Origin: Neoechinorhynchus agilis
Lineage: Eukaryota; Animalia; Acanthocephala
DNA length: 64,000 bases
Direction of reading: 5' to 3'
NCBI GenBank assembly: GCA_051530055.1
Contig: CM121342.1
Location: 4,029,489 to 4,093,488 of the forward strand
Part shown: piece by piece, positions 1 through 13,640 of the stretch
Numbering within the stretch: the first letter of the stretch is position 1
Layout of the letters: the number at the start of each line of letters is the position of its first letter
Made by a program: the position numbers and the translations under genes
The notes under the pieces: model-generated
Told to the model about the DNA's origin: nothing
What the model saw: only the letters and a program-made list of their open reading frames with translations
Database searches by the model: none

Positions 1-1490
1 GTTTGTTTAGAACACGCATCTCGGCATGCAAAGGATAAATTGACACCAGTTTAACTCCAAGTTTTTGTAGGTTTTTACAGTTGTCCCAACGAACGAAGGA
101 CGCTATTCATTTTTTATAGATTCCCCGAAAAATCCGCTGTTTTATGCGCTTGTCTTCTCGAAAACGAGGAGCAAACTTCTACTTTGATCGTGGACGAATT
201 TGGACGACTTGTGAAGGTTTGTTTAGAACACGCATCTCGGCATGCAAAGGATAAATTGACACCAGTTTAACTCCAAGTTTTTGTAGGTTTTTACAGTTGT
301 CCCAACGAACGAAGGACGCTATTCATTTTTTATAGATTCCCCGAAAAATCCGCTGTTTTATGCGCTTGTCTTCTCGAAAACGAGGAGTAAACTTCTACTT
401 TTGATCGTGGACGAATTTGGACGACTTGTGAAGGTTTGTTTAGAACACGCATCTCGGCATGCAAAGGATAAATTGACACCAGTTTAACTCCAAGTTTTTG
501 TAGGTTTTTACAGTTGTCCCAACGAACGAAGGACGCTATTCATTTTTTATAGATTCCCCGAAAAATCCGCTGTTTTATGCGCTTGTCTTCTCGAAAACTA
601 GAAGTAAACTTCTACTTTGATCGTGGACGAATTTGGACGACTTGTGAAGGTTTGTTTAGAACACGCATCTCGCCATGCAAAGGATAAATTGACACCAGTT
701 TAACTCCAAGTTTTTGTAGGTTTTTACAGTTGTCCCAACGAACGAAGGACTCTATTCATTTTTTATAGATTCCCCGAAAAATCCGCTGTTTTATGCGCTT
801 GTCTTCTCGAAAACGAGAAGTAAATCACTTTGATCGTGGACGAATTTGGACGACTTTTGAAGGTTTGTTTAGAACACGCATCTCGGCATGCAAAGGATAA
901 ATTGACACCAGTTTAACTCTTAGTTTTTGTAGGTTTTTACAGTTGTCCCAACGAACGAAGGACGCTATTCATTTTTTATAGATTCCCCGAAAAATCCGCT
1001 GTTTTATGCGCTTGTCTTCTCGAAAACGAGGAGCAAACTTCTACTTTGATCGTGGACGAATTTGGACGACTTGTGAAGGTTTGTTTAGAACACGCATCTC
1101 GCCATGCAAAGGATAAATTGACACCAGTTTAACTCTTAGTTTTTGTAGGTTTTTACAGTTGTCCCAACGAACGAAGGACGCTATTCATTTTTTATAGATT
1201 CCCCGAAAAATCCGCTGTTTTATGCGCTTGTCTTCTCGAAAACGAGGAGCAAACTTCTACTTTTGATCGTGGACGAATTTGGACGACTTTTGAAGGTTTG
1301 TTTAGAACACGCATCTCGGCATGCAAAGGATAAATTGACACCAGTTTAACTCTTAGTTTTTGTAGGTTTTTACAGTTGTCCCAACGAACGAAGGACGCTA
1401 TTCATTTTTGATAGATTCCCCGAAAAATCCGCTGTTTTATGCGCTTGTCTTCTCGACAACTAAAAAGTAAACTTCTACTTTGATCGTGGA
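1..1490. repeat. Tandem array, ~216-217 bp unit, ~7 copies (continues past window start); unit contains a DDB1-like exon segment
   Basis: gtttgtttagaacacgcatc recurs at 1, 217, 434 etc. After ttttttatag the unit translates FPEKSAVLCACLLENEEQTSTLIVDEFGRLVKVCLE, resembling DDB1 LLGDMEGRLFMLLLE. The last copy is the most diverged. Confidence 0.9.
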
Positions 1491-1568
1491 TGACTTAAGA
1501 AGGGTATTTTAGACCTCGCGCATCTCTCAAATTGAGGAATTTGTATTGTAAAATTCGGATGAAATTGA

Positions 1569-4543
1569 ATGAGATGTCCTGTTAAAGACGGCGAGCCATC
1601 TATGATGCTAATGTGCTCTGTCGGATGTGCCGTATGTATTGTACCGATCGTCGGAACCAACAACCTCTTCTTTGGCTCCACTACAGCAGATAACGTTTTA
1701 TACGAGTACAAAAGAGCTGAGAACTCATTGGTTGAATTGGATCGTTTGGTGAACTTGGGACCGATCGTTGATATGGTCTGTGTTGAGTACGGCATCCGGT
1801 CGATCTTTGTGACATGTTCTGGAGTTCACTCCGGTGGATCCATTGGATTTTCGACCTTACCATCTCATAAAGTCCACATCGATTGCGTCGCTAATGTGAA
1901 GCATGCGAAACAAATATGGCCATTTACTATTGGTGATACCCAATACGCCGTTGTATCGATAGGAAAACGTTCCCGTTTGTTGACATTTGAAGCTGATCGA
2001 GTCCTTTTTTCGTCGACGCCCGACTTTATCAGTCCAGTGGAGACAATAATCGCATTTTCTACAGCCAAATATTTCGTACATGTGAGCAGAACTGCCATAA
2101 AAGTAACCTGTTTGGCGACGAACAGCGTCTTTTCACCTTGGCATCCTGCCATAAATGACGGTGAGATTGTAAAAGCTTCTCGGTTTAAAGGCCATTTCGC
2201 TTTGGTGACCTCCAATAATCTCTTATATTATTTTACATTGAATGAAAGCAGCGACGAAGCTCCGATTCGTGGTGATGGAAGCAAAGTGTTGAAATGCGAT
2301 CGAATAATTGATATTAGCGTTGGAAGTGATTTGATCGTCGTTGTCAATGAAGTGAACAATGAGTTTTATTGCGTATTGTACGAAACTTTTAGTCTAGAGT
2401 TGCAAAGTTCATCGGTTCTAACCATAGACGATGGATCGATTACAAGTGTCGTGTTGTTCGAATGCTCTTTACTCACCGCAGTCATCGTATCTACTTCTTA
2501 TGGGAAAATCGCCTATAGAGATGTTAGAAGTGATAACGATTGGACTCTGGTTCAATTAAATGCTCTTGGATATCCAGTAAAGTTGTGTTATTCCCATGAA
2601 ACAGAACGAGTATTCGTTGTTTCTGACTGCGATGAACCGATGGGTGTTGACGTTATGATTACACCGAAAAAAGACGGAATTGACTTCTCGTTGCTGTGGA
2701 CGGTATTAAGAAACCCCAATGGAGATGATATCCCTCAGACTTATTGCTATGCCACTAGTTTTGGCGGCCGAGTTATGATGTGTACATTAGATTCAATTCT
2801 GATCGGTCGAATAGATCCAAATGTGGGAAATCATGCCAGAAAGATTTATTTGGGAGAATCGCCTAGTCGAATAGTTTATCATAAGTCAACTCATACTTTT
2901 GTCGTATTGACCAGTCATAGAAGTATATTCTGCGATGATCCAACTCTAAGTTTACATTCACATTCTTGTCAAAATCAAGATCAGGTGATTATTGATTTCG
3001 ATGATTCATTCGAATATGAACAAGTGCATTCGAGTGTAAAAGTTGTCGGATACAAACGGGTGGAACGAGTCCTCAACCTTCCAAATAGCATCGAGGCTTC
3101 CTGTTTGTGTACTGTTCAACACGGAAAAGATGAGCTAATCGCCGTGGCAATGTTTAAGCTTATCGATGCTCAAACGGTCAACGATTGTAGATAAGAGAAA
3201 TAATATAAAATTGAGAATTTTTAAAAGAATACCTACAAAAATTCTTTAGATCGCGCTTTGAGCTTCGGTAACTTCGACCGTTAACTCCGACGATTGAGGA
3301 ATCCATTCAAGATCTTGACTCGAAGATCCTAATGTTCGATCTAAAATGGAATACTGACGGGCTAATATCAATGCGTTATTTGAACGTTTCATATCCATCG
3401 ATGAGGCCAGTGATAAGCGTCTGTCAGCTTCGTCCAATGAATAAAAAGGACGATACCGAATTTTTGGAGTTAAAAGTGTCGCAATTGTCCACTTCGTTGT
3501 CGATTCCTCGGTTGCCTGAGAAGCCAGGTAAGAGTCAGATTGAAGAGTTTAGTTTTAGTGATTGGGACATTTCCGACGAAGATCCCGAAAAATCCGAGAA
3601 AGCTCGCAGTCTTCTTAAAGCCATCCATTATATTAAATGCCACAAATCGAATGATATCGGCACAATCGTCGTTGGAATAACAGACTGTGAGATGTTTATG
3701 TTTGAGCTGGAAGCAGGGAAATCGGTAGTCTCACTCAATAAAGTGAACTGCGAAGAAAGTGGAAGTCATATGCTTTCCCTCGATGTCAAACAAACTTCTA
3801 ATGCCGAGTACATTGTGACCGGAGATGCACTCGATGTGATTACGTTTTATAAATGTAGATTTTCAAAAACCGAAGTGGATAATTCGAAAAGTGAATCATT
3901 TTGTCGTTTGTGTCTAATGGGCGAGACTTACGAACGTTTCTGGTTGACGGCATTCCAACTAATCGGGAATTCAGGTGAAGCCATGATTGCTGGTGATTGT
4001 CACAAAAACTTCATTGCCATGTTTCCCAGTGGGGTTTTGAACAATCAATCCGGTGGTAATCGACGAATTATAAGAGTCAAAAGTCGCTTCCACATCGGCG
4101 ATTTGGTGAATACGTTTGTGATGGGCGTTCACCCTACTCTGCATCTATACGATTCTAACAATGCTCCATTCTACGCTGCACTTGTATCCGGAGGGATTCT
4201 AAAAGTTCAATGCTTATCAGATGAACAATTTGAAATCTTACGTTCCTTTCAAGTTCATATCGAAGATTGTATCAAACAAAGCAGCGCCAAGTTCGCTGTT
4301 GGAGGCGAATTAGAACGATTGGTCGATCAACTAGGCTTATATGCGTTCAATGATAATTCTAAATTCAGACGGACTGCGCAGTCTAAAGATACCAACGATA
4401 ATCCAAATGTGTTCGTGGATTTGGATTTTTTGAACTCCTTTCTTAATCTTGACGATAATTGGCGTCAGAAGTTGTTGGGCGATGCAGATTGTGTCAAATC
4501 GGCTCTTAAACAAAGAGACGAATACAAACAAATTCTTAAATGA
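1569..4543 (+). CDS. DDB1: DDB1-like (DDB1/CPSF160/SF3B3 family) beta-propeller protein, 3' two-thirds; ORFs 1569-3194 and 3332-4543 joined by an intron (candidate GT-AG 3187-3311); 5' end lies in or upstream of the array
   Basis: NLGPIVDM, FVTCSG, RFHIGDLVNTF and FVDLDFLNSFL match DDB1 NLGPIVDM, LVTCSG, FHLGEFVNVF and FIDGDLIESFL in order. Confidence 0.8.
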
Positions 4544-4801
4544 AATTTTCCATAGAAAAAAAGCGGTGTGGCAGATTTTGAAAGAGAAAAATTTGAATGT
4601 TGTCAAATTGATCGTGATTTAGATTTTTAACTTATGGATTTTGTATAAAAAACAGGTTAAATTGCCCTTTTCTTTATAATAAATCGACACAATAAGCGAC
4701 GCTGAATATAAAGCAATTTTTTGACATTGTTAAAGGAACAAAGAGGTTAAAGGTTGATGTACACTTCTTTTTCCTTTCAAAAATACTCTTATATTTAAAA
4801 A

Positions 4802-5839
4802 ATGGCAGCGCTTATTGTACTCCAAGCCATCTTATTGGTTGCATTTTGTCACGAATGTAAAGTTATTGGACAAAACTCGGGTACCATTTTAGCGCAATTG
4901 GATAAATGCGCCAATCACACACGAAATTTGTTCATTGACCGATTTGCCTGGCAAGACATTCCAATGGATTTTGCTGATCGTTTCAATTTGGAAACAGTTG
5001 GATTCAGCAATGCTCAACCATGCAAAGGAACGTTTAATTTTTCAAAACTAACATCAGTTAATCGGTTAGAACTTCGAAATGTTGGAATTAAAACTTTGGA
5101 GTTTCACATACCCAACTACATTGGAGAATTGGATATTTCCGGCAATAACATTCAAGATTTATCATTTTCAATTGTTCTGAACGCACAAAACCTTTACTAT
5201 TTAAATGCGGACCGAAATAGAATAAAAACCATCGATGTTTTTAAACTTCTAAGAAACATTTCTGTTCTAATGTTAAACAATAACAATATTTCAAGTGTTT
5301 CAATCGACTTTTCGATGGAGTTTTCGAAGCTCGTTCAACTTTTCCTGTACGGAAATCCAATAAAAAACTTAGTATTTACTGCCGAACGTTTCAATGTAAT
5401 GGAAAAGACTCGATTGATCAATATGTTCAATCAGAATTATATGACATTTTCAGAATCTTTGCTGGACGATTTACATCCGATTAGACAAGGAGCAAACAGC
5501 GCAATAGTCGATCTTTGGATTTCGTACCTTGGAACTATAGAGGACGTTTTGAGTCAAATTCGAAAACTAGACAATCTCATATCCTTGGAAATCTCGGACT
5601 TTGAAGTCCTCGACTATGATTCGGAACCTCTAAAGCTTGGAAATGTAAGAATTCTCTCGATAACATCACAGCAATTGAGCTATTTGCCGAAATTCGCAAG
5701 GAACAATCTAATTGAACTCTATGTTTGGAATGACCAAGAATCCACGAATGTGACTTACAATCGATCGATTTTTCCCCATTTAAAGTCTCTTGTGACTTAT
5801 AATCCCATTTTAAAAACACGAACATCATTGACTTTTTGA
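4802..5839 (+). CDS. Secreted leucine-rich-repeat protein, intronless
   Basis: Hydrophobic N-terminal signal peptide; repeated LxLxxNxI motifs (LDISGNNI, LMLNNNNI, LFLYGNPI). Confidence 0.8.
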   Translation: MAALIVLQAILLVAFCHECKVIGQNSGTILAQLDKCANHTRNLFIDRFAWQDIPMDFADRFNLETVGFSNAQPCKGTFNFSKLTSVNRLELRNVGIKTLEFHIPNYIGELDISGNNIQDLSFSIVLNAQNLYYLNADRNRIKTIDVFKLLRNISVLMLNNNNISSVSIDFSMEFSKLVQLFLYGNPIKNLVFTAERFNVMEKTRLINMFNQNYMTFSESLLDDLHPIRQGANSAIVDLWISYLGTIEDVLSQIRKLDNLISLEISDFEVLDYDSEPLKLGNVRILSITSQQLSYLPKFARNNLIELYVWNDQESTNVTYNRSIFPHLKSLVTYNPILKTRTSLTF

Positions 5840-5864
5840 TACTTTGGCAAAAGAAAAAACACTG

Positions 5865-7620
5865 TTCTCCTTATTTCATTTGAAGCGGAGTTTCAGTCAT
5901 TGAAAGCGGATAAAAACATGGTCGCGGACGATGTCAATTTTTTTGGGGATTTCTTTTAAAAAGCCCGCTTGAATCTATCGATTTTTTTTCGATTTTAATC
6001 ATTTATTGAAAATATTCTCCTTATTTAATTTGAAGCTCAGTTTCAGTATCCCAAAGTTTCATTGTTTTCGGTCATTGAAAGCGGATAAAAACGTGGTCGC
6101 GGACGATGTCAATTTTTTTGTGGATTTCTTTTAAAAAGTCCGCTTGAATCTATCGATTTTTTCGATTTTAATCATTTATTGAAAATATTCTCCTTATTTA
6201 ATTTGAAGCTCAGTTTCAGTATCCCAAAGTTTCATTGTTTTCGGTCATTGAAAGCGGATAAAAACGTGGTCGCGGACGATGTCAATTTTTTTGTGGATTT
6301 CTTTTAAAAAGTCCGCTTGAATCTATCGATTTTTCCCGATTTTAATCATTTATTGAAAATATTCTCCTTATTTAATTTGAAGCTCAGTTTCAGTATCCCA
6401 AAGTTTCATTGTTTTCGGTCATTGAAAGCGGATAAAAACGTGGTCGCGGACGATGTCAATTTTTTTGTGGATTTCTTTTAAAAAGTCCGCTTGAATCTAT
6501 CGATTTTTCCCGATTTTAATCATTTATTGAAAATATTCTCCTTATTTAATTTGAAGCTCAGTTTCAGTATCCCAAAGTTTCATTGTTTTCGGTCATTGAA
6601 AGCGGATAAAAACGTGGTCGCGGACGATGTCAATTTTTTTGTGGATTTCTTTTAAAAAGTCCGCTTGAATCTATCGATTTTTCCCGATTTTAATCATTTA
6701 TTGAAAATATTCTCCTTATTTAATTTGAAGCTCAGTTTCAGTATCCCAAAGTTTCATTGTTTTCGGTCATTGAAAGCGGATAAAAACGTGGTCGCGGACG
6801 ATGTCAATTTTTTTGTGGATTTCTTTTAAAAAGTCCGCTTGAATCTATCGATTTTTCCCGATTTTAATCATTTATTGAAAATATTCTCCTTATTTAATTT
6901 GAAGCTCAGTTTCAGTATCCCAAAGTTTCATTGTTTTCGGTCATTGAAAGCGGATAAAACGGTCGCGGACGATGTCAATTTTTTGTGGATTTCTTTTAAA
7001 AGTCCGCTTGAATCTATCGATTTTTCCCGATTTTAATCATTTATTGAAAATATTCTCCTTATTTAATTTGAAGCTCAGTTTCAGTATCCCAAAGTTTCAT
7101 TGTTTTCGGTCATTGAAAGCGGATAAAAACGTGGTCGCGGACGATGTCAATTTTTTTGTGGATTTCTTTTAAAAAGTCCGCTTGAATCTATCGATTTTTC
7201 CCGATTTTAATCATTTATTGAAAATATTCTCCTTATTTAATTTGAAGCTCAGTTTCAGTATCCCAAAGTTTCATTGTTTTCGGTCATTGAAAGCGGATAA
7301 AAAGTTTCAGTATCCCAAAGTTTCATTGTTTTCGGTCATTGAAAGCGGATAAAAACGTGGTCGCGGACGATGTCAATTTTTTTGTGGATTTCTTTTAAAA
7401 AGTCCGCTTGAATCTATCGATTTTTCCCGATTTTAATCATTTATTGAAAATATTCTCCTTATTTAATTTGAAGCTCAGTTTCAGTATCCCAAAGTTTCAT
7501 TGTTTTCGGTCATTGAAAGCGGATAAAAACGTGGTCGCGGACGATGTCAATTTTTTTGTGGATTTCTTTTAAAAAGTCCGCTTGAATCTATCGATTTTTT
7601 TCGATTTTAATCATTTATTG
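5865..7620. repeat. Tandem array, ~174 bp unit, ~10 copies
   Basis: attctccttatttaatttgaagc at 6014, 6187, 6361, 6535 etc.; first copy diverged; one partial internal copy near 7300. Confidence 0.95.
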
Positions 7621-7737
7621 ATTGGGTTTTTGCGAGCACATTGCTCAGATATCGAATGTTAAAAAGACCGTCTTGAGCCGATAAAAAAATCGAACAACAT
7701 TCATCAATTTATTTTAAATTTGAAACAATAAAAAGAA

Positions 7738-8166
7738 TCATTTGCTTAACGTAGATTCGTCTGCCTGAGATAAATCTTCAAGCCTAATTTCCTTTTCATC
7801 ACCTTCTCTTCCTCTTAAAGCAAGGATATGGCCACGTAAACACAATATAAAAGATAATAAAAGAATAACGATTACGATTATCAAAACCACGAGTATTAGT
7901 TTGTAAGATCTCAATTTCTGGTCCGTGGGTATAGTGGCTATCTCGTCCGCTTTCAGCCAATTACGAAATGTTGTTTTGGTCAAACTCGAGCCAGCAAAAG
8001 TCTCACTTGGATCCAATGATATTATGTTGAGAACTTCTGATGATTGTTGATTCTGTGGAGCCTTTAGAGCCTGTATAGTTGCTGCTGTTGGATTCGTGGA
8101 TAAAGCCATTAGAACGCCACAGAGCTCCATCAGAACAACGCAAACCGAAACGATCTCAATACGCAT
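7738..8166 (-). CDS. Small single-pass membrane protein (signal peptide + C-terminal TM), unknown function
   Basis: 142-aa ORF with a hydrophobic N-terminus and a LILVVLIIVIVILLLSFILCL TM segment followed by basic residues. Confidence 0.6.
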   Translation of the reverse strand: MRIEIVSVCVVLMELCGVLMALSTNPTAATIQALKAPQNQQSSEVLNIISLDPSETFAGSSLTKTTFRNWLKADEIATIPTDQKLRSYKLILVVLIIVIVILLLSFILCLRGHILALRGREGDEKEIRLEDLSQADESTLSK

Positions 8167-8489
8167 AGCGATGCTTCAAATGTATAATCCGATTGGACAA
8201 AATGAATTACGTTTCCATGGTAACTATCAACCAATCATGTTACGTGAAATACGGGGCTAAAAATAGAAAATTCAAGCGAGTTTTTTGTATTTGAAAAGCT
8301 AAAGCAGAAGGAATAACGAGAAACATTGGACGGCATTGAACTTCACGAAAACAACTTTACGTCAGAATTGCAAACTTCTTTCGTGATTTTAGCGCGCTTT
8401 TAAAATTAAAATGCGTCATAACAGATGAAACACACCAGAGACCACTTTGCGTGCTTATCCCAAAAAAATCAAACTTAAACCAATCGTCT

Positions 8490-9990
8490 CAGGTCCGCCG
8501 TCACACGGTTTAAAACCCGAACAAAATCACCTCAAGTTTCTCCAAAACAAATTTTTAGCCTAAAAAGATGAAATCCGCGTTTTTCAAATATCAAAATTCT
8601 TCCGTGATTTTAACGCTTATATAAAAATCCTTGACGTCATTCCTTAAAAATGTTTTTCGCATTAAGAACCGAACAAAATCAGCTCACGTTTCTCCAAAAC
8701 AAATTTTTAGCCTTAAAAGATGGAATCCGCGTTCTTATCTAAATTCTTCCGTGATTTTATCGCTTTTATAAAGAAATCTTGGACGTCACTCGTTATAAAT
8801 GTTCTTCGCATTAAGAACCGAACAAAATCAGCTCAAGTTTCTCCAAAACAAATTTTTAGCCTTAAAAGATGGAATCCACGTTCCTATCTAAATTGTTCCG
8901 TGATTTTATCGCTTATAAAAAAATCTTGGACGTCACTCGTTATAAATGTTCCTCGCATTAAGAACCGAACAAAATCAGCTCAAGTTTCTCGAAAACAAAT
9001 TTTTAGCCTTAAAAGATGGAATCCACGTTCCTATCTAAATTGTTCCGTGATTTTATCGCTTTTACAAAGAAATCTTGGACGTCACTCGTTATAAATGTTC
9101 TTCGCATTAAGAACCGAACAAAATCAGCTCAAGTTTCTCCAAAACAAATATTTAACCTTAAAAGATGGAATCAGCGTTCTTATCTAAATTCTTCCGTGAT
9201 TTTATCGCTTTTATAAAGAAATCTTGGACGTCACTCGTTATAAATGTTCTTCGCATTAAGAACCGAAAAAAATCACCTCAAGTTTCTCCAAAAAAAATTT
9301 TTAGCCTAAAAAGATGAAATCCGCGTTTTTAAAATATCAAAATTCTTCCGTGATTTTATCGCTTATATAAAAATCCTTGACGTCATTCCTTAAAAATGTT
9401 TTTCGCATTAAGAACCGAACAAAATCAGCTCAAGTTTCTCCAAAACAAATTTTTAGCCTTAAAAGATGGAATCAGCGTTCTTATCTAAATTCTTCCGTGA
9501 TTTTATCGCTTATATAAAAATCCTTGACGTCATTCCTTAAAAATGTTTTTCGCATTAAGAACCGAAGAAAATCAGCTCACGTTTCTCCAAAACAAATTTT
9601 TAGCCTTAAAAGATGAAATCCTCGTTCCTATCTAAATTGTTCCGTGATTTTATCGCTTTTACAAAGAAATCTTGGACGTCACTCGTTATAAATGTTCCTC
9701 GCATTAAGAACCGAACAAAATCAGCTCAAGTTTCTCCAAAACAAATTTTTAGCCTTAAAAGATGGAATCCACGTTCCTATCTAAATTCTTCCGTGATTTT
9801 ATCGCTTATATAAAAAAATCTTGGACGTCATTCGTCATAAATCTTTTTCGCTCTGAGAACCGAACAAAATCAGCTCGCCGTTCTCCAAAACAAATTTTTA
9901 GCATTAAAGGATGCAATCCGCGTTCTTATCAAAATTCTTCCGTGACTTTACCGCTTATATAAAAAAACCCTGGACGTCATTCGTCATAAA
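8490..9990. repeat. Tandem array, ~149 bp unit, ~10 copies, at least two sequence variants
   Basis: aaaagatg(g/a)aatc recurs every ~149 bp; variants ccttgacgtcattccttaaaaatgttttt versus cttggacgtcactcgttataaatgttctt are interspersed. Confidence 0.95.
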
Positions 9991-10057
9991 TAATTAAGAA
10001 CCTCCCATTTAATTCCATGAGACTTTAGATGTGATTTTTTTGTCCGTTTTAAAATAG

Positions 10058-10901
10058 ATGAATGAGTCTAAAGGTCGAAAGAGCATCAAAATCACGCTTA
10101 AACGTCGAAGTTTGACTGATGAAGCGTCCGAAGAAGCTAACAAGATCGAAGAAAGTGAGCTTGCGTCCGAGGAGACTCCAAGTGAGCCCAAGTCTGAGAT
10201 TTCGGTTGAAATGGGAACTTGTAAAGGCATTGAGGTACCAATTGTGGTTGATTTATTATCAAAACCGATTTGAAACCTTAGATGGATCTTATCGGATTCG
10301 AGTCTAAAGATGAAGGAAGTGTGTATTTTTGTTGGAAATGTGATTATCCAGTTGTTCGATATGGACGAATCGTGAGTCGTTTTTTTTGTTTCCGGTTCAC
10401 TTTAGAGAAAATAGAGTCCTTGCCGGCACGTTTTCTGTGCGGATTGTTCTTCTTCAAAACGGGGTTGGCGTTGTCCAAGGTACGTGTTTTTTGTCGAGAA
10501 AGCTTTTTTTGAAGCTACTTCATAGATGTAAAGAATCAGCTTCAGAGATCAAACAGATTTCTAAAGGTCCACTTTATATTTGCATTTTCGGTGGTACTCA
10601 TCTTCAAGACAAACGATCGTGCCTCCGTGGATACGAGACGTGGACGAGAGCTCTTTCACATGTCCAAAAACGCCATGAAATCGGCGCTGATGTAGTCGAA
10701 AATTACTTAGTAGAAGCATTTTTCGCTTCGGACGAAAAATTAACAGTCCAAACGACGTCTTTGAACCAAACAACGTCTTTGATTAACTCAATTGCACCCG
10801 AACTCATCAATGTGTTAGTGAATGCATTAGCTAAAAACGAACCGGATCAAAAACAAGAAACGTTAGATAGTTACGATTCGACCATTTTGGATGAAGGCTA
10901 A
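10058..10901 (+). CDS. CBLL1: Hakai/CBLL1-like RING E3 ligase, 4 exons
   Basis: Three GT-AG introns give YFCWKCDYPVVRYGRISPCRHVFCADC...CPRC...LYIC...C.R.Y......HVQKRH, matching the Hakai RING+HYB pattern (HFCDKC.LPI.IYGRMIPCKHVFC...LFMC...AHINHRH). Confidence 0.8.
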
Positions 10902-11639
10902 GCACTAACTTGAGTGCCAGTTCAAAAAAATAATATATTCTTCACTTTTGCGCAATAACGCCTTTTTTAGATTTTATAGCAACAACAACAATGATCTTTC
11001 GCCCAAAATAAAAATTTTCCGAGGGGAGAAAGCGGGTTTGAAAATTAGAATTAAAAATAAGCGTAAAATGGTGTAGAAAAAATTAAAATGATTTTATTTT
11101 CAAAAATCCGACTGATTTCCGAGTTTGCAAGTGTCGTTGTGATCAAAAGGCGTACGAAATCAAGCGATTGTCGAAGTAACTCAAACGAATCCGAGGTCCG
11201 CAAGACCAGGACGGCAGCTGAGTGATCCAGAAAGGCGGTGGCTATTCCAAAAATGAAAAAATCTTCCATATTTTTGAAATTATTGTTCACGTCTCCGACG
11301 AGGTTCTCAGAACGTCTTTTTAATCGAAAAAGAAATCATTTGCCGCGGCTGCACATCTTCATGGGGTTTTTACACTGTAATTCTGATCCGGATAAAATTG
11401 ATGTGTTCCATTTCCTAGAGTTTTCTTTTTCGATGAATAATTATGGCTCAGATTGTTTTAATCAGTTTGGAGATTCAAAAACGTCTCGTGTTGTTCACAA
11501 AGAAATGAGTTTGACGTAACAAATTTCTAGTTGAGAGATGTCAACAACAATTAGGTAAGGTTTTTCTACTAGAAAATAGCTAAGATCATCGTAAAAAAAG
11601 CGATCTACGATGATAAAATATTAGTTCAAATCGAAGAAT

Positions 11640-13640
11640 GTGGTTCTTCTTTCGAAATAAAGTAGAACGTCGTTTATGAGGGTCCTAGATTTTAGTTTGA
11701 TGTTAACATCAATTTTACCTCTTGGACAACCCAACGATTTCGGTCAGGGAAGTGTTCAATGTAAATGAGTTTGTACAAATCCCTCTGGATCCTTAGATTT
11801 TGAACCCTTTGACCACCTCGACACTTTCTACGAAATGTACAAATCACTAAGCTGCCGTCTTGATTTATTTGATTCCGGGTTTTGTATAACTAAATACCCT
11901 CGAATCGTCTGAGTTTCTTGGACAATCGTTTGACCAGGGCAGAGTGTTTCGACGCCAAAGGGAACGAAATAATTGCGATTCTCAACAACGGCCATTGTTG
12001 ATCCAAGAGTCGAGGTTCTTCTTTCGAAATAAAGTAGAACGTCGTTTATGAGGGTCACAGATTTTAGTTTGATGTTAACATCGATTTTACCTCTTGGACA
12101 ACCCAACGATTTCGGTTGTGAAGTGTTCATGTAAATGAGTTTGTACAAATCCCTCTGGATCCTAAGATTTTGAACCCTTTGACCACCTCGACACTTTCTA
12201 CGAAATGTACAAATCACTAAGCTGCCGTCTTGATTTATTTGATTCCCGGGTTTTGTATAACTAAATACCCTCGAATCGTCTGAGTTTCTTGGACAATCGT
12301 TTGACCAGGGCAGAGTGTTTCGACGCCAAAGAGAACGAAATAATTGCGATTCTCAACAACGGCCATTGTTGATCCAAGAGTCGAGGTTCTTCTTTCGAAA
12401 TAAAGTAGAATGTCGTTTATGAGGGTCATAGATTTTAGTTTGATGTTAACATCGATTTTACCTCTTGGACAACCCTACGATTTCGGTCAGGGAAGTGTTC
12501 AATGTAAATGAGTTTGTACAAATCCCTCTGGATCCTTAGATTTTGAACCCTTTGACCACCTCGACACTTTCTACGGAATGTACAAATCCCTAAGCTGCCG
12601 TCTTGATTTATTTGATTCCCGGGTTTTGTATAACTAAATACCCTCGAATCGTCTGAGTTTCTTGGACAATCGTTTGACCAGGGCAGTGTTTCGACGCCAA
12701 AGGGAACGAAATAATTGCGATTCTCAACAACGGCCATTGTTGATCCAAGAGTCGAGGTTCTTCTTTCGAAATAAAGTAGAACGTCGTTTATGAGGGTCCT
12801 AGATTTTAGTTTGATGTTAACATCAATTTTACCTCTTGGACAACCCTACGATTTCGGTCAGGGAAGTGTTCAATGTAAATGAGTTTGTACAAATCCCTCT
12901 GGATCCTTAGATTTTGAACCCGTTGACCACCTCGACACTTTCTACGAAATGTACAAATCACTAAGCTGCTGTCTTGATTTATTTGATCTTGCTCTTGTAT
13001 AACTAAATACCCTTGAATCGTCTGAGTTTCTTGGATAATCGTTTGACCAGGGCAGAGTGTTTCGACGCCAAAGGGAACGAAATAATTGCGATTCTCAACA
13101 ACGGCCATTGTTGATCCAAGAGTCGAGGTTCTTCTTTCGAAATAAAGTAGAACGTCGTTTATGCGGGTCCTAGATTTTAGTTTGATGTTAACATCGATTT
13201 TACCTCTTGGACAACCCAACGATTTCGGTCAGGGAAGTGTTCAATGTAAATGAGTTTGTACAAATCCCTCTGGATCCTTAGATTTTGAACCCTTTGACCA
13301 CCTCGACACTTTCTACGGAATGTACAAATCCCTAAGCTGCCGTCTTGATTTATTTGATTCCGGGTTTTGTATAACTAAATACCCTCGAATCGTCTGAGCT
13401 TCTTGGATAATCGTTTGACTAGGCAGAGTGTTTCGACGCCAAAGGGAACGAAATAATTGCGATTCTCAACAACGGCTACTGTTGATCCAAGAGTCGAGGT
13501 TCTTCTTTCGAAATAAAGTAGAACGTCGTTTATGAGGGTCACAGATTTTAGTTTGATGTTAACATCGATTTCCATCTTCTGGATAACCTTACGATTTCGG
13601 CTTTCGAAGTGTTCAATGTGTAAATGAGTTTGTACAAATC
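11640..13640. repeat. Tandem array, ~371-372 bp unit, ~5.5 copies, broken coding potential on the minus strand
   Basis: aaataaagtagaa(c/t)gtcgtttatg near 11657, 12029, 12400, 12770, 13141, 13512. Confidence 0.95.

Noticed and set aside
3187-3311. Apparent AT..AG intron and in-frame TAA in DDB1, suggesting editing or pseudogenisation
   Set aside because: A canonical GT-AG intron 3187-3311 gives an open, well-spaced junction (VNDYLDSKILMF).
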